DNA from: an uncultured Erysipelotrichaceae bacterium
GTDB lineage: Bacteria; Bacillota_I; Bacilli_A; Erysipelotrichales; Erysipelotrichaceae
DNA: 10,315 bases
Direction: 5' to 3'
Assembly: GCA_964457525.1 (NCBI GenBank)
Contig: CAYWGS010000052.1
Location: 1-10,315, forward strand
The notes beneath the pieces were generated by a model. The model saw only the letters and a list, made by a program, of their open reading frames with translations. It searched no databases and had not been told where the DNA came from. Within the stretch, counting starts at the first letter, position 1, and every line of letters begins with the position of its first letter. Positions 1 through 7,336 of the stretch are shown one piece after another. The translations under genes and the position numbers were made by a program.

Positions 1-6
1 TCTCAT
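1..6 (-). CDS. 5' end (ATG AGA = Met-Arg) of the next minus-strand gene, which continues off the window. Identity is unknown. Flagellin is a weak guess based on context (sigma-28 promoter, CsrA-like leader, and the MR start shared by many Gram-positive flagellins).
   Basis: The minus strand reads AAGGAGGAATTAAA-ATG-AGA. A strong SD (AAGGAGG, plus coords 20..14) lies 7 nt upstream of the ATG at 6..4. Only 2 codons are visible. Confidence 0.4.
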
Positions 7-13
7 TTTAATT

Positions 14-70
14 CCTCCTTGAATTTCTGCGAAGTCCTTTTCGCTCATTGAGAACGGAGCTAAGTAGCTC
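14..70 (-). promoter_or_regulatory. Structured 5' leader of the downstream gene. It has a 5'-proximal stem-loop, a hairpin presenting GGA in a hexaloop, and a GGA-containing SD. This gives two candidate CsrA-type binding sites.
   Basis: Minus-strand RNA: GAGCU-ACUU-AGCUC (plus 70..57, 5-bp stem). Then GCGAA-AAGGAC-UUCGC (plus 44..29, 5-bp stem with GGA in the loop). Then AAGGAGG (20..14). The pairings were read directly from the sequence. CsrA binding itself is inferred. Confidence 0.35.
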
Positions 71-79
71 TCACAATAT

Positions 80-106
80 ATATCGGTTCGTTTTTAAGGA
101 ACTTAA
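80..106 (-). promoter_or_regulatory. Sigma-28 (SigD/FliA)-type promoter driving the next gene.
   Basis: The minus strand reads CTTAAGTTCCTTAAAAACGAACCGATATATAT. The -10 element is ACCGATAT (87..80), against the consensus GCCGATAT/GCCGATAA. The -35 element is TTAA (106..103, 15-nt spacer) or TAAG (105..102, 14-nt spacer), against the consensus TAAA. It lies in the only real intergenic gap of the window, downstream of the terminator-like hairpin. Confidence 0.55.
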
Positions 107-107
107 G

Positions 108-137
108 TAAAAAGATTAAAAAACTCCCGAAGGAGTT
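108..137 (-). terminator. Candidate rho-independent terminator at the end of the fliM-fliY block.
   Basis: Minus-strand RNA is AACUCC-UUCG-GGAGUU followed by UUUUAAUCUUUUU. The stem pairs 137..132 with 127..122. The loop is a UUCG tetraloop and a U-rich tail follows. The stem is only 6 bp and overlaps the fliY TAA stop, so termination may be partial. Confidence 0.45.
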
Positions 138-1068
138 AATCATTTTGTAATAAGCTTGAAGTACTAACGATTTCAGTGATACGAATCGCAAAGTTTTCAT
201 CAATTACGACTACATCACCTCTTGCGATGAGTTGACCATTGACTACAATATCAACAGGTGCGCCTAACTGTTTCTCAAGTTCTAGGACATATCCAGACGC
301 AAAGCTCATGACATCTTTGATCTTACGTTTTGTTTTACCTATTTCTATTGAAACATTTAGAGGTACATTCATGATGAGATCAAGATTCTTGGATGGGTTA
401 GAGTTTAGTTGTTCATTATCAACATTAAACTTTGGCACTCTGATCTCTTTAACTTGAATTTCTTCTGTATTTGATGAGTTTGATTCTTTGTTGGATTTCT
501 TATTGTTCTTTAAATCATACAATGAAGTGAAGTTTGCAAAGTCAAAATAGAGTTGCATCGGTATTGTGATTTCGTTATAAACAAGATTAAAACGGATGGT
601 AAGTACTTTCGCATCAAAAGGTGAGATACCAATATTCTTCTGATCAACAAGCGTAACTTTTGATCGATCAATTTTGATTTGCTTACCAATCGTTGTGCTT
701 ATGTTTTGACTAAAGCCTTGATAGAAGATATTGCATATTTCACTAAATGCACTTAGTCCAAACTCATCAATTTCAATAACATTCTCATCATGATTCATGA
801 GTTGTTTGATGAGATACTTAACATCATTTGTATTAACGATCATTAAGGAGAAATCATCATTCTCGAGGTTAAATGAAGATTGTACAAGTGTTGAATCTGC
901 ATTAATTTCTAAAGCTAATTCAGCAGGATATTTACTATCAACATCAAACTGGCTACATTCGAATTGTGTTTCTAGGAGTGAGTGTATGCTTTGTATTCCT
1001 TCAAGAACTGCTTGTTTAAGTCCTTCTTGAATATTAAAGATTTTTTCTTGCTCTGAGTTCATAGACAT
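136..1068 (-). CDS. fliY: Flagellar motor switch protein of FliY/FliN type (310 aa). It has an N-terminal/middle CheC-like region and a C-terminal SpoA (FliN) domain.
   Basis: The C-terminus NLDLIMNVPLNVSIEIGKTKRKIKDVMSFASGYVLELEKQLGAPVDIVVNGQLIARGDVVVIDENFAIRITEI is a typical FliN/SpoA domain. The gene sits immediately after fliM, as fliY does in Bacillus. A CheC-like motif SAFSEICN (S-x3-E-x2-N) lies at 730..753. Refined start: ATG at 1068..1066, preceded by AAGGAG 8 nt upstream and 1 nt after the fliM stop. The track start at 1158 would overlap fliM by 89 nt. Confidence 0.8.
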   Translation of the reverse strand: MSMNSEQEKIFNIQEGLKQAVLEGIQSIHSLLETQFECSQFDVDSKYPAELALEINADSTLVQSSFNLENDDFSLMIVNTNDVKYLIKQLMNHDENVIEIDEFGLSAFSEICNIFYQGFSQNISTTIGKQIKIDRSKVTLVDQKNIGISPFDAKVLTIRFNLVYNEITIPMQLYFDFANFTSLYDLKNNKKSNKESNSSNTEEIQVKEIRVPKFNVDNEQLNSNPSKNLDLIMNVPLNVSIEIGKTKRKIKDVMSFASGYVLELEKQLGAPVDIVVNGQLIARGDVVVIDENFAIRITEIVSTSSLLQND

Positions 1069-1069
1069 A

Positions 1070-2002
1070 TTAACGCTCCTTTTCAATGTGGTGTTCAATT
1101 CGAACGGCTTTATGTTGTTTGGTTTCACCCAGTTTTGCGTCAAACCATGGGGTATCATCGACTTTTAATATGACATTCGAATCATATCGTTTAGACAATG
1201 GAATAATATCGTTTACTTCGAGTTGTAAGATGTCATGAAGATCGAGTTCAATTTCATCCAAGACCACTTTAAGTTCAACATCCGCATTCTTGAGTGAGTT
1301 TAAGATTGCATTCTTTTGTATTTCTTCTTTACTTTCATCGTGGCGTTTCGTCGTACGAATGAACTTTGGTGTAAATTTCTCCATGATGGTTTCAAAAGCA
1401 AGAGACGGCAACAACACTTTGAATGAACTGTTGATTTCACCTAAGAGAACTTTAAATTCAATCACAAGTACTATATCTTCCGGCAACATCATTTGTATAA
1501 CTTTTGGATTGGTCTCTAGATTCTTTAGATTTGATTCAATCTCAAGATGTTTCATCCAACTCGTTTCGATTTGGCGACTTAGTTTACCGAAGATATTTTC
1601 GAGTAAAGCGACTTCGATTTCAGTAAACTCTCGTTTTGCGTCGAATGCTTCACCGCTTCCTCCAAGTAGTTTTTCCATCAGGAAGAAGCCTAAATCTGGG
1701 TTAAACGTCATGAGCATACTTATTTCATCAATCGATTCATCCAGTGGGATAACATCGAAATTTGCACAGACCGCGAGTTCTAAAGCATCGTTAATGTATT
1801 CATAGTAACGAAGTTTCTCAATCTGAACGATTTGTACTTCACAGTACAAGCGGGTTAAGGCACTCAAATAGGATGAACAATTTCGTGCAAATGTTTCGTG
1901 TAGTTCTTCTATCGTACGATATTGTTCCTTCCCAAATTTTTTGGGGGATCTGAAATCATATTTCTTGATACTTTCTACACTATCATGATGGGTATGGTTC
2001 AT
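1070..2002 (-). CDS. fliM: Flagellar motor switch protein FliM (310 aa), lacking the usual N-terminal CheY-P binding peptide.
   Basis: KKYDFRSPKKFGKEQYRTIEELHETFARNCSSYLSA aligns by eye with the conserved FliM N-proximal block (B. subtilis VYDFKRALRFSKDQIRSL..HDNFAR). The GGXG motif is present (LLGGSG). The C-terminal domain is FliN-like. The ATG at 2002 is preceded by AAAGGAG at 7 nt, and an in-frame stop lies 8 codons upstream of the ATG (TAA at 2027..2029). Confidence 0.9.
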   Translation of the reverse strand: MNHTHHDSVESIKKYDFRSPKKFGKEQYRTIEELHETFARNCSSYLSALTRLYCEVQIVQIEKLRYYEYINDALELAVCANFDVIPLDESIDEISMLMTFNPDLGFFLMEKLLGGSGEAFDAKREFTEIEVALLENIFGKLSRQIETSWMKHLEIESNLKNLETNPKVIQMMLPEDIVLVIEFKVLLGEINSSFKVLLPSLAFETIMEKFTPKFIRTTKRHDESKEEIQKNAILNSLKNADVELKVVLDEIELDLHDILQLEVNDIIPLSKRYDSNVILKVDDTPWFDAKLGETKQHKAVRIEHHIEKER

Positions 2003-2016
2003 GATAAACTCCTTTC

Positions 2017-2742
2017 TTATCGAAGATTATTAATGATTTCTTCGATTTGATCTGCTGTTTGTAAGACTCTCGAATTTAATTGAAATGCTTTTTGGCCTTC
2101 AATAAGGGCAACCATTTGAGGACCTAATTCGACATTCGATTGTTCGATACAGTATTGAATCAATAAAGTAGATTCTTCTGAAACAAGTGTTGGATTGCCT
2201 GAATTCTCGGATACAAGATAACTGGTATTGCTTGTTTTAATCAATCCTTCAGGATGATTAAATTGGAATACTGCAATCTTATCTTTTGCCGCATCGATAT
2301 CCCAATTATCACCATTCTTGGTAAGTTCAATCGGTTTTTGATTACGATCCAATACATAAGAGCCATCGTTTCGTACTAAGAATGCTTTATCATTTTGGAT
2401 CGAGAGATTAAATGCTCCATCACGTGTAAATTCGATTTGTCCTTTGTTTAAAACCGCAAAGAAACCATTTCCAACAATCGCAAAATCGGTTGGACTACTC
2501 GTATTAACGAAAATGCCTTGTTCGAAATTTGTTTGAATATTAGATGCTTTCACACCATGACCTTGCATGAGTTCATTGGATTTATTGTTCACATCCATTT
2601 GTGTATAAATAAGATCATCGAAATTAACGGTACTGGATTTATAACCATTGGTAGACGTATTCGCTATATTATTAGAAATCGTATTAATGTTTTGTTGGTA
2701 AGCTTGTAACGCTGTATACGCGTTGTAGAATGCGATGTTCAT
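2017..2742 (-). CDS. flgG: Flagellar basal-body rod protein, FlgG-like (FlhP-like), 241 aa.
   Basis: N-terminal rod-family motif NTISNNIANTSTNGYKS. C-terminal motif EQSNVELGPQMVALIEGQKAFQLNSRVLQTADQI, compared with FlgG SNV..E...MI..QRAYE.NSK...T.DQM. It is paired in tandem with a second rod paralogue. Confidence 0.85.
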   Translation of the reverse strand: MNIAFYNAYTALQAYQQNINTISNNIANTSTNGYKSSTVNFDDLIYTQMDVNNKSNELMQGHGVKASNIQTNFEQGIFVNTSSPTDFAIVGNGFFAVLNKGQIEFTRDGAFNLSIQNDKAFLVRNDGSYVLDRNQKPIELTKNGDNWDIDAAKDKIAVFQFNHPEGLIKTSNTSYLVSENSGNPTLVSEESTLLIQYCIEQSNVELGPQMVALIEGQKAFQLNSRVLQTADQIEEIINNLR

Positions 2743-2744
2743 GA

Positions 2745-3485
2745 TTATACCTTCCCTATCTCACTGACTGCACGTGCATTTAATCCATCAATTGTTTTAA
2801 GTGCATTCGCAACACTTTGAAAATTACGTTGTACTTCCATCAATTGTGTCATTTCTTCCGTCACATCCACATTCGAATTTTCTAACATCGATTGAATAAC
2901 CCATGGATTGGTTTGAGTCATATTCCCACTGGTTTCAGTAAAGTATCCATTCTCCATCTTTACCAAATTAGAATTATCATTAGGGGTTTGAATGCTTAAA
3001 CGGTCGATTACTTGACCATTTGAGTTTATGACTAAGCCTGTTTCATTGACAATGAATGAGTCATTCATTACCCGAATGTCCCCTTTCATTCCTTGCACGC
3101 GTGCTCCCTTACTGGTAACTAAATATCCTTCAGAATCAATATTAAATGACCCATCTCGTGTAAAGAAAATTGTATTGTTTTGCCGAACTGTAAAGAATCC
3201 TTCGGAGACTAAAGCGATATCTAAAGATCGATTGGTATCTTCAAGATTAGCAATATCCACTCTAAAGTTGATTTCATCAATTCCTATTAATCTTGATTCA
3301 GAGCCAATGAGAGTCTTTTGATTGTTTTGAATTCGATATTGTAAGCTTTCTTCAAAAGTAGAAAGCACTGTTTCTTCTTTCTTATAGCCATTCGTTTTAA
3401 CATTTGCGATGTTATTTGAAATGGTATTCAAACGACGTTGTTGAATTAACATTGCTTGTGCAGCGGTATAGAATCCATTACTCAT
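2745..3485 (-). CDS. Flagellar basal-body rod protein of the FlgF/FlgG family (FlhO-like), 246 aa.
   Basis: N-terminal LNTISNNIANVKTNGYKK and C-terminal ENSNVDVTEEMTQLMEVQRNFQ rod-family motifs. The ATG at 3485 overlaps the fliA stop (ATGA). A strong SD (AGGAGG) lies 7 nt upstream. Confidence 0.85.
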   Translation of the reverse strand: MSNGFYTAAQAMLIQQRRLNTISNNIANVKTNGYKKEETVLSTFEESLQYRIQNNQKTLIGSESRLIGIDEINFRVDIANLEDTNRSLDIALVSEGFFTVRQNNTIFFTRDGSFNIDSEGYLVTSKGARVQGMKGDIRVMNDSFIVNETGLVINSNGQVIDRLSIQTPNDNSNLVKMENGYFTETSGNMTQTNPWVIQSMLENSNVDVTEEMTQLMEVQRNFQSVANALKTIDGLNARAVSEIGKV

Positions 3486-4213
3486 CTTAATTCCTCCTGT
3501 AGAATCATCTTTAACTTCTTGATCGCTTGAGCATGCATTTGACTTGCTCGAGCTTCACTCACTTCAAATATTTCGCCGATTTCTTTTAATTTACAATTCT
3601 CGTAATAATATAAACTAATGAGGATTTGTTCTTTCTCACTCAGTTTCTTAAGTGCTTCTGTGACCTGAAGAGACATTTCCTTTTTAAAGAATACTTGTTC
3701 AGGGTTTAGACTGGTTTGATCAATTAAATCTTTATCTCCATAGGTTTCACTCATCTCTTCAAAACTTAATAGTTGAGACCATGCCATTTCCTGATGATTT
3801 CGACTAATTTCACTTAAGTCTTTATTCATAAACTCCGCAAGTTCTTGATCACTGGGTTCTCGCATCAATTGATTCGCAAGTGTTTCATAAGCTTTTTGAA
3901 TTTGCTTCGCTTCTTGTCGAACCCGACGAGGGATAAAACCATTTAATCCAAGTTCATCGATTAACTTAAAGCGCATCTTGGTATACGCGAAAGCTTCAAA
4001 ACTCAACCCTTTGGATTCGTCGTATTGTTCGAAACAATCCAACATGCTTAGAATTCCAACTGATACGACATCATCGAATTCCATATGATTCACATATAAA
4101 TTACGTGTCTGCTTGGCTACTTTTCGAATCAAAGGAAGTGATTGTTCGAGTAATTCATTTCTTAATTGAATACTCTTTGTTTTCTGATAAAGTGCTATAT
4201 CTTTTTCAATCAT
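3482..4213 (-). CDS. fliA: Flagellar RNA polymerase sigma factor, FliA/SigD (sigma-28) family, 243 aa.
   Basis: Region 2-like FDDVVSVGILSMLDCFEQYDESKGLSFEAFAYTKMRFKLIDEL. Region 4.2 HTH CKLKEIGEIFEVSEARASQMHAQAIKKLK. The size is typical for sigma-28. The flagellar operon context fits. The start ATG overlaps the flhA TGA stop (ATGA). Confidence 0.9.
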   Translation of the reverse strand: MIEKDIALYQKTKSIQLRNELLEQSLPLIRKVAKQTRNLYVNHMEFDDVVSVGILSMLDCFEQYDESKGLSFEAFAYTKMRFKLIDELGLNGFIPRRVRQEAKQIQKAYETLANQLMREPSDQELAEFMNKDLSEISRNHQEMAWSQLLSFEEMSETYGDKDLIDQTSLNPEQVFFKKEMSLQVTEALKKLSEKEQILISLYYYENCKLKEIGEIFEVSEARASQMHAQAIKKLKMILQEELR

Positions 4214-6261
4214 AGGCTTATATTTGCCAATGCTTGGATCTGAACATTGGTATCAATTTCGTTGAATGATAATACGACAATATTAGGTATGAATTGATCC
4301 ATAAGCTTCTTATAATACACACGTACAATAGGAGATGTTAGTACGATAGAATATGGGACTAAGTCTTTAATTCGATCAATTTCTTGAGATGTACTTTGAA
4401 TGATTTGTTGGATTGAGTTTGGATCAAGTGCTAAGTAGGATCCATTATCCACCTTCTTAACACTTTCCATGATCATGTTTTCAATTCGAGCATCTAAGGT
4501 CACAACTTTAAGTTGTTTATTCTCAATGTATTTTGATGTGATACTACGTTTTAATGATTGTCTTACATATTCAGTTAATACATCTAAGTCACGAATGGAT
4601 GGGGCATAATCACCTAAGGTTTCAAGAATGGTTTCTAAGTCACGAATCGAGACTTGTTCCTTCAATAAGTTACAGAGTACTTTTTGTAGGGTTTGAATCG
4701 ATACGATATTCGGTATGAGTTCATTCACAAGTGGTTCATTCGTTTTCTTGAGATTATCTAGAATATGATGTAATTCTTGACGTGTTAGTAACTCATCCAC
4801 ATGTTTCTTAATCATTTCACTTAAATGTGTAACGATAACACTGGTTGGATCAATGAGTGTATACCCAGCTAATTCTGCTTTAATACGATTCTTCTCTTGG
4901 ATCCATTTTGCACTAAGTCCAAATGCAGGTTCAATTGTATCGATCCCATCAATGGGAGTTTTAATCTCATTTGCCGCAATCGCAAGTAAGTGATCCACTA
5001 AGACATCCCCACGAGCAATTTCTTCACCTTTTAATTTAATCGAGTATTCATTGGGATTGAGTGTTGCGCTATCTTTGAGTTTGACACTTGGAATGACTAA
5101 TCCCATTTCTAAGGCGTATTTCTTTCTGAACATGATGATGCGGTCAATAAATTTTCCACCACTATTCTCATCTATGAGTGGGATAAGACTGTATCCAAAT
5201 TCCATTTCAATTGTTTCAACACTTAATAAGCCATAAATATTATCAATGTTGCGATAGAAACTGGTTTCTGAAGTGATTTCTTCATTCATTCCAAGATTAT
5301 TATCCGTCGCAAGTTCAAGATTCGTTTCTTTCTTTTGAAGAGAATAACCTAAGCCAATAAGAATTAATCCCATCAATATAATCTGTAATTTAGGAAACCC
5401 AGGAATAAGAATGAGAGATAAAATAATTCCACCCGACATAATTAAGACTTTTGGTTGACTGGTAAACTGTTTAACGAGCTCTGTACTAATGTTCGCTTCT
5501 GATGCGCTACGCGTTACAATCATTCCAGTTGCGACTGAAATAAGTAGTGCAGGAAATTGTGAGATTAAACCATCTCCTACCGTAGCGGTAGAGTAGATGT
5601 TAATAATGTCTTGGAAACTGCCAACGTTGTTCATGAAACCCATGACAAGTCCACCGATAAGGTTAATAAATGTTACGATAATAGAGACAATCGCATCCCC
5701 CTTAACGAATTTACTTGCCCCATCCATCGCCCCAAAGAAATCAGCTTCTCTTTGAATCTTCTTACGACGTTCACGCGCTGTTTCTTCATCGATTAATCCA
5801 GAAGATAAATCCGCATCAATTGCCATTTGTTTCCCAGGCATTGCATCTAACGTAAAACGAGCACTAACTTCGGATACACGTTCACTTCCTTTGGAAATAA
5901 CGATGAATTGTACAACTACGATAATTAGAAATATGACAAGTCCGACAAATGGATTCCCTCGAATAACGAAGTCACCGAATGTCTTCACTACTTCACCTGC
6001 ATAACCATTCTCTAGCAGAATAAGTCGCGTAGAGGAGATGTTTAATGCTAATCGAAATAGGGTTGTAATCAATAGGATGGTCGGAAAAAGACTAAACTGT
6101 AAAGCTTCATTAATGTTCATCGACATGATGAGAATAATGAATGAAATGGATAGATTGAGAATAAACATCATATCTAATAGCCATGATGGTAAAGGAATAA
6201 TAATCAGTAATACAATTAAAACGATTAATAATGAACTAAAACTCTTAAGTAAACTTTTCAT
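4210..6261 (-). CDS. flhA: Flagellar type III export gate protein FlhA (683 aa from the refined start).
   Basis: FHIPEP-family blocks SARFTLDAMPGKQMAIDADLSSG and FFGAMDGASKFVKGDA. There is an N-terminal multi-TM domain and a large C-terminal cytoplasmic domain. Refined start: ATG at 6261..6259, 1 nt after the flhB TAA, with AAAGGAA upstream. The track start at 6294 is a TTG that overlaps flhB. Confidence 0.96.
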   Translation of the reverse strand: MKSLLKSFSSLLIVLIVLLIIIPLPSWLLDMMFILNLSISFIILIMSMNINEALQFSLFPTILLITTLFRLALNISSTRLILLENGYAGEVVKTFGDFVIRGNPFVGLVIFLIIVVVQFIVISKGSERVSEVSARFTLDAMPGKQMAIDADLSSGLIDEETARERRKKIQREADFFGAMDGASKFVKGDAIVSIIVTFINLIGGLVMGFMNNVGSFQDIINIYSTATVGDGLISQFPALLISVATGMIVTRSASEANISTELVKQFTSQPKVLIMSGGIILSLILIPGFPKLQIILMGLILIGLGYSLQKKETNLELATDNNLGMNEEITSETSFYRNIDNIYGLLSVETIEMEFGYSLIPLIDENSGGKFIDRIIMFRKKYALEMGLVIPSVKLKDSATLNPNEYSIKLKGEEIARGDVLVDHLLAIAANEIKTPIDGIDTIEPAFGLSAKWIQEKNRIKAELAGYTLIDPTSVIVTHLSEMIKKHVDELLTRQELHHILDNLKKTNEPLVNELIPNIVSIQTLQKVLCNLLKEQVSIRDLETILETLGDYAPSIRDLDVLTEYVRQSLKRSITSKYIENKQLKVVTLDARIENMIMESVKKVDNGSYLALDPNSIQQIIQSTSQEIDRIKDLVPYSIVLTSPIVRVYYKKLMDQFIPNIVVLSFNEIDTNVQIQALANISL

Positions 6262-6262
6262 A

Positions 6263-7330
6263 TTACTGTTTTCCTTTCTTAAGTTGGTAAACAAACGCTA
6301 GAACTTCCGCAACAGCCTGATAATACTTCTCTGGAATTTCTTGATTAATCTCAACCGCTTCATACAAACCACGTGCTAATGCTTTATTTTCAATGCTTGG
6401 GATATCATGTTTCTTTGCGACTTCAAGGATTTTGAATGCGATATTATCCATACCCTTGGCAAGGATAATTGGAGCTCTCTGTTTGCCCATTTCATATTGA
6501 ACTGCAATGGCATAATGAGTCGGATTTCGAATAATGACATCTGCTTTAGGAACATTCTGCATCATTCGTCTCTGTGACATCATGCGTTGACGTTCCTTAA
6601 TCTTCCCTTTAATCTGAGGATCCCCTTCCATCTGCTTATACTCTTCTTTAATATCTTGTTTACTCATACGAATATTCTTTTCGTATTCATACCATTGATA
6701 AGCATAATCGGCTAAGGCTAGAAAAACGAAGAATAGTCCAACACTACTTACAATCGACATGATTAGAGAACCTAAGAAAGTGAGTGCTTGCATAAATTCC
6801 ATATCGAATAAACCAATTAATTGATTCATTTTAGGTTCAATTGTTGTATAGACAATCATGGTTAGAACCACAATCTTTATTAGCGATTTGATGAGTTCAA
6901 AGATGGATCTAAGACTAAATAACTTCTGGAAGCCTTTAATGATATTGATACGTTCAAACTTAAACTTGATTTGAGAGAATGTGAAGATAAATCGAGTTTG
7001 TGCACCAACCATAATGATATTCGATGCCATCGATACGAATAGAATAGGCAGAGTGATAATCATAAAGATGATTGTGACTTGAATAAACATGATTTGAACT
7101 GTTTCAAACTGTAATGTTCTTAATCCTACAATTTGATCAAAACTGATATTCATTAACTGCTTTAAATTACTAAGAATACTCGGAAAGTAGAATTTCAACG
7201 CATAGAACGTACTGAGCAACACGACAACTGATATGGCGTCTTTACTCTGAAATACATTTCCCTTTTTTCGCTCATCACTCCGCCGTTTGGGGGTGGCTTT
7301 TTCACTCTTTTCTGATGCCAAACCAATCAC
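6263..7330 (-). CDS. flhB: Flagellar export apparatus switch protein FlhB (about 352-355 aa).
   Basis: N-terminal EKSEKATPKRRSDERKKGNVFQSKD (the FlhB EKTEKATPKR signature). NPTH autocleavage site in IIRNPTHYAIAVQY. Four TM segments. The start is ambiguous. GTG at 7330 abuts the GAGGGG SD directly, whereas TTG at 7321 has 8-nt spacing and may be the true start. Confidence 0.94.
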   Translation of the reverse strand: MIGLASEKSEKATPKRRSDERKKGNVFQSKDAISVVVLLSTFYALKFYFPSILSNLKQLMNISFDQIVGLRTLQFETVQIMFIQVTIIFMIITLPILFVSMASNIIMVGAQTRFIFTFSQIKFKFERINIIKGFQKLFSLRSIFELIKSLIKIVVLTMIVYTTIEPKMNQLIGLFDMEFMQALTFLGSLIMSIVSSVGLFFVFLALADYAYQWYEYEKNIRMSKQDIKEEYKQMEGDPQIKGKIKERQRMMSQRRMMQNVPKADVIIRNPTHYAIAVQYEMGKQRAPIILAKGMDNIAFKILEVAKKHDIPSIENKALARGLYEAVEINQEIPEKYYQAVAEVLAFVYQLKKGKQ

Positions 7331-7336
7331 CCCTCT

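Noticed and set aside
3480-3499. Near-identical 19-nt stretch shared by 1..20 and 3480..3499 (CTCAT[T/C]TTAATTCCTCCT on the plus strand).
   Set aside because: Both copies are translation-initiation regions (AGGAGGAATTAA[A/G]ATGAG on the minus strand). The similarity is explained by a strong consensus SD plus AT-rich spacer, not by a repeat element or recombination scar.
4227-4250. Inverted repeat CCAATG-N12-CATTGG at the 3' end of flhA, just upstream of the fliA start. A weak TTCAGA-N16-TATAAG sigma-A-like pair lies nearby.
   Set aside because: The stem is short (6 bp) and lies within coding sequence. The putative -10 would put the transcription start on top of the fliA ATG. This is not convincing as a promoter or attenuator.
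6705-6712. Minus-strand GCCGATTA inside flhB, resembling a sigma-28 -10 box. A similar ACCGATGA lies near 7556 inside fliR.
   Set aside because: No TAAA-like -35 sits at the required 14-16 nt spacing (CTTC and TTGT respectively). Both sites lie deep inside coding sequence, so they are probably chance matches.
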